From Anthoceros angustus (lineage: Eukaryota > Plantae > Anthocerotophyta), in contig VJWM01000325.1 in the NCBI GenBank assembly GCA_010909165.1, forward strand, positions 5,318 through 69,317: 64,000 nucleotides of DNA. The letters are read 5' to 3'. Shown piece after piece: positions 1 through 11,636 of this stretch. The notes below the pieces were generated by a model. The model was not told the DNA's origin. It saw only the letters and a list, made by a program, of their open reading frames with translations, and searched no databases. The position numbers and the translations under genes were made by a program. The first letter of the stretch is position 1, and each line of letters starts with the position of its first letter.

Positions 1-153
1 ACAGTAGGACTTGGAGAAGATGACGATTGGGTGACCATGGATCACTCTCTCCACGAACGCGCTGGCCGTCTCCGCTGACGCCAAGCTGCATTGCTGAAGC
101 ACCACTGTTAGCACCGCGAGCAGCAGCACAAGCCACGACTTCCGCCCCGCCAT
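1..153 (-). CDS. Class I glutaredoxin (GRXC3/C4-like) with signal peptide; first exon only, gene continues beyond window
   Basis: Manual translation from ATG at 153: MAGRKSWLVLLLAVLTVVLQQCSLASAETASAFVERVIHGHPIVIFSKSYC. Hydrophobic signal followed by the IVIFSKSYC motif that precedes the CPYC site. Not in the ORF track. Confidence 0.85.
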   Translation of the reverse strand, partial: MAGRKSWLVLLLAVLTVVLQQCSLASAETASAFVERVIHGHPIVIFSKSYC

Positions 154-413
154 CGCACCGAAGCGTTGATGTTTCTGCAAAGACTGCACTTGCAGCGACC
201 GAGATTGGGGGTTATACTCAAAGGTGCCGCTTTCACACTAGGTTGCCCGTTTCGAAGTACATCAAACTGTCAGTGTCACTCGACACGCTGCGGCAGCAGT
301 AGTTCATCACAGACGAGCATGGTTTGTGTCTCCCGACCTCTTTGATGATACATTCATGGGTGAATAAAGGCATGGTTAATTAATGGAAGAATGCACCTCT
401 ACAATTTGCAGAA

Positions 414-1956
414 CTACTTCCCGATCACATTAATCCTAACTTGGGCAATGACTTCTGGATGCAACTTGATCTCAGCCACGTACTGTCCTACTTCACGGAT
501 CTCTGGAACAGTGATGATCCTCTTGTCGATATCTCTGCAGACGTACGAAGAACAAATCTTGAGCAACCAGACATGGGTGTAGGGTTGCGAGACGATGCAT
601 CGCCTGTGAGAATTGGATGAAACTCACCTGGCAGTGTTTGCCTTGATGATGTCCGCAATATCCTGGGAAGTGACCCTAATGGATATGGATCACGGTTGAG
701 AGCGTCAGTACTTGAAGTGGTGCATCAAATGCGAATGACATGGACATAACTGTAGCACACTTACGATCCAAAGATCTGCTTCCCCACTCCAGCTTTACGT
801 TGGACTTTGAAGCCCCCAATAGTTTGGAATTGCCTGGCAATGGTTTCTGCCTCTTGTTTTATCTGCAGCAACCAAACGGCACAACCCGAGTGTTTAGCAT
901 AACATCTTGACCCGGTCCTCCTGGCAGCATGCCCGACATGCACAATGATAATACCGTACCCTTTGCCTTTCAGCCTCCTCCTTGTCTTTCTCCACTTTAA
1001 TAGCCCTGCCAGCACAAAACGATTCCCATCTCTGAGCCCTCTGTATCCTGATATATGTTCTTGTCCAGCGACTGTTCTCCACAGAGTTCCAAAACACCCC
1101 TTACTTCAAAATCTCAGGAGTTGCCATCTTGGCTTTCCCGAGAGGATACAGAAAGTTTCGAAAGTAGCCTGGTTTGACGGCCAATAGCTCACCGGTCTTT
1201 CCAAGATTTGCAACATCTTGAGTCAAGACAATCTGCACATGCAGAGAACAAGAGACAACACCATAAACTACCACCCGAGCCCTGGTCATCGTCATCAGAG
1301 TTCCGGCACGATGAAACAAACTTCACCTGTCGTCTCTTTTGCACCCTCTTGTTGGCAGTAACCACTAGTCTCTGGTACGGGATCGGGGCACTGGTTGAAA
1401 TACTAGACTTAACCTGCACAGTGCACGTCACAATGAGCTCTTCGAATGCACGTAGAAATGAAAGCACAGCTTACGAATGAAATAGGTGTCCACAACGTCC
1501 AAGAATCCGCGTGCCACACTCACAAACATGTATAAATCTCAACCACACTGCCACAACTTCTGGATGCCAGACTGCATCCCGGCCTAGAGAGCGGAAATGA
1601 TACGAAAAGAAGTCATTCGTGCCATAGGATGCTATCAGAAACAGAATGCTCCCAACCGCAATCCCATTGATGACTGTCACCGAGCCTGCTCAAGTTAGCC
1701 ATCTGTATGACTGCGCGTTCCCTTGTCCAAACATTCAAAACAGCAGGCCCCCAAGACGGCACCGTCTAGCTGCCAATAATGAGTAAAGCAAAGCGAGAGG
1801 CAATGCCGCTTCCCGGCTAGGAGATCACAGAAAAAAACGCAGGACTTCAGGAAACCTCGACACACTTACGGAGATAGTGTTCTGAACTCGCAGGCCTTCA
1901 CAATAGGGGAAAACCGTGGCGGGGCAGGCTGAGGCGGCCAAAGTCAGGGCCTCCAT
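414..1956 (-). CDS. RPL9: Plastid 50S ribosomal protein L9 (about 7 exons)
   Basis: GT-AG bounded exons approx. 1870-1956, 1327-1413, 1105-1232 ([34 protein letters not shown]), 960-1005, 765-862 ([11 protein letters not shown]), 629-677 ([10 protein letters not shown]), 414-535 ([28 protein letters not shown]). Confidence 0.93.
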
Positions 1957-2110
1957 AGTTGCAGCGTGTCCTGAGCTCACAGAGGTGTGAGCTTTCCCAC
2001 ACACATGTTCCTGTCCTCACAGCAGTCTTCGCTGAATCGCCCCAGCCGATAAGTATCGGATAAACAGCCGAATAGAATCGGAAATGAAACGGCAGAGCCT
2101 TTCGTCCTGA

Positions 2111-2119
2111 TTAGGGTTT
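2111..2119. promoter_or_regulatory. telo-box (TTAGGGTTT) in the divergent RPL9/NFD6-like promoter
   Basis: Exact reverse complement of AAACCCTAA between head-to-head start codons at 1956 and 2209. Telo-boxes are common in plant ribosomal-protein promoters. Confidence 0.45.
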
Positions 2120-2208
2120 CCCGCCTACAGTGTAGCGCGAGCTTGAATGACAGCATCGGTAGGGGCGGAATCTAAGACTGTGTTGGGACCTCGGGGACGG
2201 ATCAGGCC

Positions 2209-2804
2209 ATGGCGGCTGTTGTGAGACGAGCGGTGCCGAGGTCGGTTCTGGCCGCAGCAAGGTCTGCCGTGCGGGGTTGGCATTCTTCCGTTGGATTGGA
2301 GGCTCGGGCTTTCGATGCTGCTCCCAGGATGAGGGCCGGAAGGGCTGCTTCTGAGTTTGCTGCACCGTCTGGTTCCAGCGGGTCTTTTCTCCATGCGGCA
2401 AGAAGCAGCTTGCCTCGGATTGCCTGTGCGCAGTCCCTTCTTCCCCTGCACAGCGCCATGGCTGCTGCTCGGCTTGTGTCCCGCCTCAGCGCCAGTTCCT
2501 TCTCCGAGCAGGCTCTATTGGACGGTATGTCCCTTGTTCCGCTTCTTTGTGTAATTAGGGTTTAGGGAACAGGGTCTTTTCTTGCGATTCGTTTTCCTTC
2601 ACGGTAGGCAGCCTGCATTGGTTGAGAGCGTAATGTCTGAGCGTGTCCGTGGATGGAGTGGCTGGGCAATGTGTCGTTTGTGAGAGTGGCAATGTTACTG
2701 GTATTTGGATCGGTACCAGTATTGCCTTAGGTCATGGTGAATGGGCAATTGATGTACTTCATTATGATGCGAGTGCAGGGTCATGGATTTCTGAAGATGT
2801 ATAG
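2209..2804 (+). CDS. NUCLEAR FUSION DEFECTIVE 6 / NOXY2-like small mitochondrial protein
   Basis: Exon 1 (2209-2524): Arg/Ala/Ser-rich presequence plus QSLLPLHSAMAAARLVSRLS family motif. Phase-1 donor GTATGT joins acceptor at 2779 to give GSWISEDV*, resembling NFD6 C-termini. Confidence 0.75.
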
Positions 2805-3081
2805 AATGTGAAAGAGTTGACAAGGATGCAAAACCTCACCAGAGCCAGATTTAGATGATGTGGACGTTTTTGTAGCTGTAAGTCCCTGGCTCATCCCATG
2901 GAACGCTGCATTGAGTCGATCCATCTTCGACTTGTGTAAAGACTGGTTCGTGCCATTTTGTATAAAGGCAGCTGGGCTGCAAAAACCAGTCCGGTGCAAT
3001 GGCCCAGTTTGACATGGACGTGTGTAGTCGTACGTATGAAGCTATGGATCTCACTATGAGGTGTCTCTTTGTGATCACCAG

Positions 3082-4239
3082 CGAACCGTGGCGAGCAGAG
3101 GCGCAACATGTCATCGGGTGGGCAGCCTGGTGCTAGAAATGAAGGAGCAAAGGAAACGTTGGTAGCCCCTGTAACCTATTTGGGAATTACGGTTCAAAAT
3201 CTCTTGTCTTCACACCATCACTAGGAGGGTCCGTCATCGTTAAGCATTACACTTGTTTGTTAAATTGTCAAGGTATCTGCATGCCGGGAAGCTTGTGCTG
3301 CGCAAGTCTATTGGAGATTCGCTTGATGCGCTTGTGATGGTGGTAACAATGATATGTCCCGTCCATGTGTTGTATGGCTTCTCAGAATCTCTGTGACCTT
3401 TGTTAACAAAGACGGGGAGGAGCAAACCGTCAAAGTCCCTGTGGGTACAAGCATGCTTGAAGCTGCTCACGCAAATGACATCGAGCTAGAAGGTATCTAA
3501 GATTTGCATTCCCTTGGAGGGCCAGGCTAGCATCACCTCTGATTTTTTTGATTCTCGCTTGTGCTCGTTGTAACACTCCATTCGCTGTACAGGTGCCTGC
3601 GAGGGATCATTAGCTTGCTCAACTTGCCATGTGATTTTGATGGTATTACCCATCTCTTCCCAGTTTGGCATGATTCTCTTGGTCTATTGTGTGCTGTCCA
3701 GTTACTACCTACACAAGTTTCCGGTTTTTCCGCTGTCACCGAGTTCTTAAACTATCCTCATTCCTCTCTCACCTGTGAGGCCTGCGGCTGAAAGAGCTCG
3801 AAGAGTAAGGAGATATTTATCAGCTTTGGTTTCATGTATGAAATCCGAGTTAAATCGTATCCCAACAAGTCTGAAAACTTAGCGTCCTTCTCATATGTCA
3901 AATCCTCCGTCCCTGTGCTAATCCGTGCATGTGGGTATGATCTGAAAAGCAGGATGAAGACTACTACAGCAAATTACCAGAACCCTCAGATGAAGAAAAT
4001 GACATGCTCGACCTTGCCTTCGGTCTAACTGAAACGTAAGCATCTCCGAAGGCATTCGCTCAGTCTGCCTTCCCGTCTGTTCAAGCCGTCACTCTGCTTA
4101 ACTCTCCCAAGCTGTCTGGTGCAGGTCCCGGTTGGGATGCCAAGTCATAGCCAAAGCAGAGCTGAACGGAATGCGGCTTGCACTCCCTGCCGCCACCCGA
4201 AACTTTGCTGTGGACGGCCATGTCCCGAAGCCCCATTAG
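3082..4239 (+). CDS. MFDX: Mitochondrial adrenodoxin-type [2Fe-2S] ferredoxin; 5' exon unresolved
   Basis: Exons 3082-3157, 3386-3492 (ISVTFVNKDGEEQTVKVPVGTSMLEAAHANDIELE), 3593-3642 (GACEGSLACSTCHVILM), 3953-4035 (EENDMLDLAFGLTET), 4125-4239 (SRLGCQV...DGHVPKPH*). All four Cys ligands present. Missed by the ORF track. Confidence 0.95.
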
Positions 4240-4353
4240 TCTCAGGTGGACACTTGAATAAAGTCCCTTTGGGATCGCCCTAGCAAAAGTACTTTGTGTC
4301 ATAAAATGCACGGACGCAGATCGAACCTCCAGGAGTCCTACGCCGTTGGCAGG

Positions 4354-5643
4354 TCAGCCTCTCGTGGTTTTCCGACTGGTCAGGGTTTCCTTCACGACTC
4401 CTGCGGAGACCAAGAAGGCATCCAGGGCCGACAGCGTCCTCATGTCGGCCTCCGGGAACGCAATGCTCACTTGCCTGAACACGTTGGAAATCGAAGCCCA
4501 GAAAGGCTCCTTCTTCTCCTGCCGCTCGATGAGAAGGTCATCCAAAAACGCGAACGCCGCCAGCAAATCGCTCCCGGTGGCAGCAATAGGGGCTGCGAAA
4601 TGCGCCGGGATAATGCGCTTGAATTTCCAGTCCCGCACAATAGCGTCCACCCAGGCGCGCACCGCATCCGGCGCCTTGTCGAACACCAGCGTTTTCACAA
4701 TCGGGGACACGATGAGGCGCTTCGAGATCTGCGCGAACGTGCTTTTGGGCTCCAGCAGATCCGCAGGCCCTAGAAACAGTATCTGCAGCACCATCCTCTC
4801 CCACCCCCGCTGCCGGGTCTCCGGATCGTCCACCAGCGGCCCGTCGGGGATCTCCCGCCCCTGGCTCAGCAGCCGCACGGCCAGGTTGTTCTTGGCCGCG
4901 TCCAGCAGCGACTCCCGGCTCACCACCTCGGGCGGCTCGTCCGGGACCAGGATCACCGCATCCGTCACCAGCAGCGTCTGGGTCCTGCGGTGGAAGAAGG
5001 CCACCTCCACGTACGGCCCGATGCCCACGGGCGAGCTCAGCACCTTGAGCTCCAGCTCCCCCGCCCACGGCAGCCCCGGGTCCCCCTCCCGCAGCACCCG
5101 CGCCCGGAAGATGCCCAGAAACTCCAGCGGGAGGTCGAGCGGCCAGCTCCACAGCCGCGGCGCCACCCACACCTCCGCCCGAGGGAACTTCCGGGAAAAC
5201 GGCCCCAGGAAGATCTTGTGCTCGTACGCGAAGGTGGGCAGCACGATGAAGCCCACCGGCGCTCCGAGCTCCTTCACCAGCCGCACGCACTCCTCCGTGG
5301 GCGCGATGGGCGCGTGCACCCACAGCTCCCCGGATTGCAGCTTGATCACTGTCATCCGCGTGTTGGTGCTCACGCTGGTGAATCCCAGCGCCTGCTGCTG
5401 CTCGAACATCCACACCCGCCCCCGCTCCACCTCCTTCCGGATCGTCCTCCGCGTCAGGAACGGCCCCAGCGGAAACGGGAACCCTGTGATGTTCACATAC
5501 CACCTGTCCCCGCCTGCTCCGGAAGCTCCTTCCGCCCCGCATCTCCCTGCAATGCCGCCCTCCACACCTGCCTCCCCTGCTGCGCAATCTCCATCCAGGA
5601 GCATCCACTGCAACGTAGCAGGAGGAGCAGCTGCACTCGCCAT
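4354..5643 (-). CDS. DUF4336 family protein (metallo-beta-lactamase-like fold, likely plastid), intronless
   Basis: 429-aa ORF with RMTVIKLQSGELWVHAPIAPT, PTFAYEHKIF and EVAFFHRRTQTLLVTDA motifs. True start may be ATG 5719 in another frame (possible indel). Confidence 0.85.
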   Translation of the reverse strand: MASAAAPPATLQWMLLDGDCAAGEAGVEGGIAGRCGAEGASGAGGDRWYVNITGFPFPLGPFLTRRTIRKEVERGRVWMFEQQQALGFTSVSTNTRMTVIKLQSGELWVHAPIAPTEECVRLVKELGAPVGFIVLPTFAYEHKIFLGPFSRKFPRAEVWVAPRLWSWPLDLPLEFLGIFRARVLREGDPGLPWAGELELKVLSSPVGIGPYVEVAFFHRRTQTLLVTDAVILVPDEPPEVVSRESLLDAAKNNLAVRLLSQGREIPDGPLVDDPETRQRGWERMVLQILFLGPADLLEPKSTFAQISKRLIVSPIVKTLVFDKAPDAVRAWVDAIVRDWKFKRIIPAHFAAPIAATGSDLLAAFAFLDDLLIERQEKKEPFWASISNVFRQVSIAFPEADMRTLSALDAFLVSAGVVKETLTSRKTTRG

Positions 5644-6017
5644 CCCCTGCCCCGCGCAAGCCGGCCCGACGCAGAGACAAGGAGTGGTGAGGCGCCCACG
5701 CCGTTGCCATCGCAGCCATCCCCGGTTGCGACAGGAACGAACAGAGCCTCACCTTCTGGTGTGCTGAGTACTTCCTGGCAAAATTGGGGCACAATTCATC
5801 CACATTTGACCCCGGTAACTCATGCACGATCGTCACCGCACATGAACGAGCTTGGTCAGATGGTTGAGCAACGTTTTAATAAACCGGAAGTCCGCGGATC
5901 GAAACTTCCCTTCGGGCTGTGATCCAGATGCCCAGATGCCCTGCTGTGTGGTGTGATGAGGTTCTTTCATTCGGCCGGCCAGCCAGCCGGCGAAGGAATC
6001 CTCCTGGCCCTAGCTAG

Positions 6018-6800
6018 CTAACCCTTCTCCTCGTCTTCGTCCGTAACTTGCTTCACCACCTTCACTTCCGGGACATAGTGCATGAGCATGTTCTCGATGC
6101 CCGACTTCAGGGTGACGGCCGAGCTGGGGCAGCCGCTGCAGGCGCCCTGCATCTTGAGGGTGACCGTCCCAGTGGCCGGGTCGAAGCCGCGGTACTCGAT
6201 GTCCCCGCCGTCGTCGCGCACGGCCGGGCGGATCCTCGTCTCCAGCAGCTCCTTGATCATGGCCACCGTTTGGGAGTCGGTGTCGAGGACGGTGGTGTCC
6301 GAGGGCGGCAGAAGCTGGGCGTCGGTGAAGAGGGGGAGGCCGGCCGTGTAGAACTCCATGATGACGGCGAAGATTTCCGGCTTCAGGATCTCCCAGGACT
6401 GGTCCTCGGACTTGGTGACCGTGACGAAGTCGGAGCCGAAGAAGACCCGCGTGATGCCGTCCACCCCGAAGAGGGCCTTGGCCAGCGGGGACGCCATGGC
6501 GGAGCGGGCGCTGGGGAAGTCTGCGCTGCCTGTTTCCATCACCGGCTTGCCGGGGTAGAACATGAGGGAGGAAGGATTCGGCGTGCTCTGCGTCTGGATG
6601 AAGAGGCTCCTTCGCTGCTGCGCTCCGTGCTGGAAGGGTGGAGGAGATGGCCGGGTGATGATGGGTTCGGCGAGTGGCAGCAGGGCCCGCCGTGCCGCCA
6701 CCGCCCATAAAGCTTTGACATGGTGGAGAGATGTTGGCCTCCTTGGGCACTTGGCGAGCAAGTGTCTCAGGCACCTTGAGGATGTGGCCATGGCTTGCAT
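6018..6800 (-). CDS. NFU4: Mitochondrial NifU-like Fe-S carrier (NFU4/5 type), intronless
   Basis: LFIQTQSTPNPSSLMFYPG N-domain; IKELLETRIRPAVRDDGGDIEY...GACSGCPSSAVTLKSGIENML NifU domain with CxxC. Confidence 0.95.
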   Translation of the reverse strand: MQAMATSSRCLRHLLAKCPRRPTSLHHVKALWAVAARRALLPLAEPIITRPSPPPFQHGAQQRRSLFIQTQSTPNPSSLMFYPGKPVMETGSADFPSARSAMASPLAKALFGVDGITRVFFGSDFVTVTKSEDQSWEILKPEIFAVIMEFYTAGLPLFTDAQLLPPSDTTVLDTDSQTVAMIKELLETRIRPAVRDDGGDIEYRGFDPATGTVTLKMQGACSGCPSSAVTLKSGIENMLMHYVPEVKVVKQVTDEDEEKG

Positions 6801-7377
6801 ATTAGGTCATGACTCCCATCTCCTTCGTCCAGGTGTGAAGCCCAGCCCGGCCAGAATCTTTCCTTGAACTAGCAATCAAGAAAGCAGATAGATGGTGTCA
6901 CAAGCCGCTTCTCCACCCGGCAGAAAGCTGGCTTGAAGTTGGGTACGAGTATGATGAGAGCACACATCCAGATCGCATTACATTGCACTTCCTTGGTAAT
7001 AATGCGTTCATACACAAGCCTGCCTGTTGCATGAGCTTCAAGCATCTCATCACAGCACAGAATCCCTGGTCTCGGGCTGGGCGTTACCTATAATCCATAA
7101 TTACAACTGCCCCTTCTCTGCAAAGAACCTCACACTCGGTCCTGCTGTATAGAATGGCCTGAAGAATTCTACCACAAATCGTCCCACTACCTGCTACATC
7201 ACGCCATGAATTGCCTGCGCATTGTACTGTACTACACTAACACTTTGCACCAATGGTGGGTTCTGGAAGATCGTATTGTACAGGAAGGAGCAAGGGAAAT
7301 GAATTTAATCTGGGAGCTAGTTCGGCGGGAAATTGCACCTGGATGGACGCCGGCATGGCAGAGCAAGCAGAGCGCTC

Positions 7378-8529
7378 TCACAGCAACTGCTTCTCCTTCT
7401 TGGCCTTGAATCTCTCCACGCGCTGCCCTAACCACTCCCGAATGTCCTTCACAATGACAGCCACGTTCTCATCCGGCTCGCCTTGGAGCAGGCTATGGAG
7501 CATCCCTTGGTACAATTTCAGCGTCTTGTCCTTGCTCTCAGCGGCGGCGTACAGAGCCTCGCTCACAGCGGGATCCGTCACCACATCCGCGTCTCCATGA
7601 ATCACCAGAATCGGCAAGCTCACATCCTGGAGCCTGGATCCCAGATAGTCCGTCACTCTGAGCAGCTCCGCCACCGTCCCAAGCCTCGGCTTCCCCGCGT
7701 ACCTCCTGGGATTGCACTTGGCCAGCAGCTTCTTTCTTGGGTCCTTCACGGACGTGTCCACCAGATCCGCCGTGGGCACCACGGCCCAGGTGGGCGCGAA
7801 CCGCGCGATGGCCTTCAACACCACTGCAATCGGCCATGCCGGCTTCACGTTGTCCGAGATCTTGCACATTGCCGCCACCAGAATCGCGCCATCCCAACCC
7901 TCAGGCTCCGCAAAGTGCACCAGCAAGCAGATGGCTCCTCCCAGAGACTCCCCGTACAGGAAGGCTGGGAGATGGCGGAACTCCTCCTTCTCACGCACGG
8001 TACGGAAGAAAGCGGAGCAATCGGACGCTACGGCGTCCAGATCCGGGGTGAATGCCCGCATTCCGTCAGATTTCCCGTGCCCCTCCAGATCCAGAGCTGC
8101 TGCCGCGTAGCCCATTTTCGCAAACAGCATCGCCGTGTTCTGGAACGTCCAGCTGCTGTCGTTCCCGTACCCGTGCACCATGCACACCAGAGCCTCCGGC
8201 TCGGACCCCAGCGGAAGCCATAGCTGCGTGAAGAGTCTGCTTCCGCGGGCATTCGTGAAGAGATTCCTGCTGTTGCGTACTCCCTGCTGCCTGTAATGTT
8301 CCGCCTCCGGGGTGTCTCCCCACGGGAAGGGCGGGGGCTGGAAGATGTCGCCTTCCTGCTGCTGTGGGAGTTTCTGCTGGTGTTGGGTTTGCTTTTCCTC
8401 TGCGGCCGCCATAGCCGGGGCTGCGTGCGCGCACCTGCAGCTCACTGCGACATGGAATCCGCGGATCCTGTATGCCAACGCGACAGCACGCTCCAGCCCC
8501 GACCACTGTGGTGCTGCGAGAGCTTTCAT
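7378..8529 (-). CDS. Alpha/beta hydrolase, monoacylglycerol lipase / caffeoyl-shikimate esterase-like, intronless
   Basis: HGYG oxyanion motif, GHGKSDG, GESLG nucleophile elbow, HGDADVVTDP, GMLH. Start ATG 8529 or 8412. Confidence 0.9.
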   Translation of the reverse strand: MKALAAPQWSGLERAVALAYRIRGFHVAVSCRCAHAAPAMAAAEEKQTQHQQKLPQQQEGDIFQPPPFPWGDTPEAEHYRQQGVRNSRNLFTNARGSRLFTQLWLPLGSEPEALVCMVHGYGNDSSWTFQNTAMLFAKMGYAAAALDLEGHGKSDGMRAFTPDLDAVASDCSAFFRTVREKEEFRHLPAFLYGESLGGAICLLVHFAEPEGWDGAILVAAMCKISDNVKPAWPIAVVLKAIARFAPTWAVVPTADLVDTSVKDPRKKLLAKCNPRRYAGKPRLGTVAELLRVTDYLGSRLQDVSLPILVIHGDADVVTDPAVSEALYAAAESKDKTLKLYQGMLHSLLQGEPDENVAVIVKDIREWLGQRVERFKAKKEKQLL

Positions 8530-8623
8530 TGCCCAGCTCACGATAAGGGCGCGACACGAAACCTAAACCGCATTTTGCCAGATTGGGAGCGGGGAGCTCG
8601 GACTTCGGCGGGAGGAAGGGGAG

Positions 8624-11072
8624 ATGGTGAAGCCGCAGCTGCTGCCCCCGCCCGGGCAGTCGCTGGGGCAGGGCGTGATGGAGCTCCTGGAGCAGCTGGA
8701 GCGGTACTGCCTGGGGCCGGATTTGTCTATGAAGTCTACATACAATGACCTTCTGCTGGTGGGTTTCGTGGTGTGGTGTTGTGGGTTGTGGAGAAGTGGA
8801 GGATGTGGATGATGGTTATGTGGATGGTGGATGGTGGATGGTGGATGATGGATGATGGATGATGCATGTGCAGGCGAGGGAGGAGATGGCGAAGGAGAGG
8901 TTGCGGTACTTGGAGGTCATGGTAAGTGGTGGGTGGGTCGGTTGCTTGGTTTCTGCCGAGCTGGTGGTGAGAAAGGGTGGCGTTCTTGTGTCTGCAGTCT
9001 CTGTACAGTGAGGCTGTTGCGGTTGTTGAGGAGTACCAGCAGGCTTTGTCTCTGGCCAATGCTGGGGGAATGCGGGATCTGCAGGGGCTGTTTGCGCAGC
9101 TAGGGCTTCGTTGCCCGCCTCAGGTAATATTTGTGGTAAAGTTGGGATGATTTTGGATGGGTGTTTGTTGAAGGAGTTTTGTTTTGCCTCTGAACATGAT
9201 TTCATGCGGTTCAGGTCTATGAGGCTTTGGAAGTGCGACTTGCAGTTGCTGAGTCTTCTCAGCGGTTGAGACTGCCACTAATTTCTAAGGATGGTGACAT
9301 TCCAGATGAAGACACAGAGAAGTGGACTCATGTTTCGCGATGCTCGTTTGACAGCATCAGCACGATGATCAGCCTGAGCTCGAGTACTGGTACAAGCAAT
9401 AGCGGACATCCAAGTTCGGGAGTCAGTGGGATGAATGCCAGCTCGGTGTATGCCGCGTCTGGTGCTACTGGAAGCAGCAGCTCTGATACGTCTGATAATG
9501 GCATTGGAGGGGTGGTGAACTGTTTTCTGGGAGTGACCCCTGGCTGGTTGAAGAAGACTCATCTTTCCACGGCTCCACTTGTTGAGGTGTGTTTTGGTGT
9601 GGACCCATCCCTGTTGCATCGACAGACCCACTGTATACGTTGTCCGGGTCTTGTCATATGTCGGGATAATGTTGGCAGGATGCAGCAGGCTATCAGATGG
9701 CCCTGATTCCTGAGATCGAAGCCCGAATGGAAGCAAAGTATGACAAAATCGTGGCCACATTCAACGCCGGAGAAATTGGTTAGTATGTTCCTACTCTCTT
9801 TGGGAGAGTGGCGCATTCGAGTGTAGTTAGGTGACATGCCTTTCCCATCATGATGCACCTCTGCAGATGAGGGAAGTCCTCTTCGCATAAAGACTGCTAG
9901 GCTTCCAGTAAGGTCAGTCTGGTTTCCCGCATGCTTTTCCCATGGTTTATACAAATCGGGTGACACATTTTGTGGATTTTGACTGGTCCTAAAATGTGTG
10001 GACCTGATCCTCTCGTTTTAGGATAAAGAATGCTGTGGAAAAGAACGAGCGGGAAGAAGCAGCTTGGCTTGAGGATCTGTATGCAGCCGATCGGCAGTTC
10101 GTTGAATATCATAACGTATGGATGGAGTTTTTACTGGAGCACTACTGAAGGTCAGCAGCACTCCATGTTACCGTTGCAGATTCTCAGTTTTACAAGTGGC
10201 CTTCCTGTCCCAATAGGTACTTGAACAAATTTTCAGTGTTGTTCACAAGCTTGTGAAAGACTTCAAGCTGGGCAACCAGCATCAATATGTGAGTGTCACG
10301 CTTTTTGCTTCCTGCTAGCCGTAATGTCTTCCTCAGGAGACCCAAGTAACCTCGGCGGTTGACAACAGTTTCCTATGGGTCCAGGATGGAATGAGGAAGG
10401 AGTGGCTCATCAAGAGATGCCAAACCATGAGCACAAAGCTCAGGTGTCTGTTCTCTCCGGTTACAGACGTGGTCCTCATACTGATTGAAAAACGTTTCTG
10501 ACTTCTTGAAGATGCTGTGCAGTGTGCTTGAGCATCTGCTACTACGGGATACTTACACACAGGAGTCGGTGCCGGCGCTCTTCAAAATACAGTTAGGGTT
10601 TTTGTTTTGGAGCAATCCTTGCGTTGGTTTCCAACCTAGCTTACCAGCTTGTCTAATATGCTTAACACATCCAGGGGCTACCTTGTGGAAGCTGTCGAGG
10701 AAGCAACTGCCGCCTACAACAGAGCTGTAAGTAATCCGATGAGATGCGTCCCCTCCTGCTGTATGGATGACTTCGTCAATCTCCCTGAGCGAAAAGATGT
10801 GCTACACGAGCAGGTCACCAGGCTGCGAGAATACCAAGGAGTCGACCGCCACTTTGATGACATCGCTCAACGCTACCATGACATTGTGAAGGTCAGATCC
10901 TGCAACTTTCACCAACGCAGATCAGATTTTGCAACTTTCACTGTTCCTGCCGTTTTGTGGCTAGGCCGCCCTTAGCTGACAGCTTCGCTTGGCACACCAG
11001 AAGTTGGAAGGCATCCAGTGGACAATTCGTCAAGTGGAGATGGATTTGAATCAATCACAAGAGTCGTCTTAG
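8624..11072 (+). CDS. AUG4: AUGMIN subunit 4 (HAUS4), multi-exon
   Basis: MVKP...LEQLERYCL; AREEMAKERLRYLE; RLAVAESSQRLRLPLISKDG; GYLVEAVEEATAAYNRA; VTRLREYQGVDRHFDDIAQRYHDIVK; KLEGIQWTIRQVEMDL..* all match plant AUG4. Confidence 0.92.
8800..8864. repeat. GGAT/GGT-type low-complexity microsatellite in AUG4 intron 1
   Basis: ggatggtggatggtggatggtggatgatggatgatggatgatg. Confidence 0.7.
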
Positions 11073-11636
11073 ATGGCTGATTAGGTGATCTTTTAGGTCG
11101 GAACGCGAAACCTAATCAGTTTCTTAAGGTCTGTGAAAGTCCTGCAACCTCAATTGGGGTTTTGAGAGGCACAGTCGACGGTGTATCTTTACTGCCCTCA
11201 GCCCCGCTGTCTCCTCGGCTGCCCTCCTCGCCTCCACGCCTCTCGCTGAGATTTGTTGTAATGTGCTTTCTATGATCTGCCGCTGTTTTAGTAGCGGTCT
11301 GCTGCTTCAACCATTTCGTGTCCGCCCGGTGTGATCTGGTCCGGAATTTCCACTCTCGCGCTTCGCCGTTACAGTTCTGGGCGCGTGGTGTCTGGTTCTG
11401 CTCCTTTTGCTCTGCCAACGGTCCCGTTGTGAGTGTCGATGTGAGCCGGATGCTGTACAGCAATTTGCAGCATGCTTGGTGTGCTAGACGCGGTCCAATC
11501 TTATTTGTACACCTTGTTTCTGATGCGATCCTGGAATCGAATTGCAGCAGATTTCACGTTGTGATGCACGACCTGCTTGGTGGAGGTGACGTCGCCTTGC
11601 CTTTGCAGGTTTAGGGGATGTGAGCTTGGATTCAGA

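Noticed and set aside
4346-5922. Long overlapping ORFs (473, 432, 310 aa)
   Set aside because: Shadow frames of the GC3-rich DUF4336 CDS with no recognisable motifs. The same applies to ORFs overlapping NFU4 and the hydrolase.
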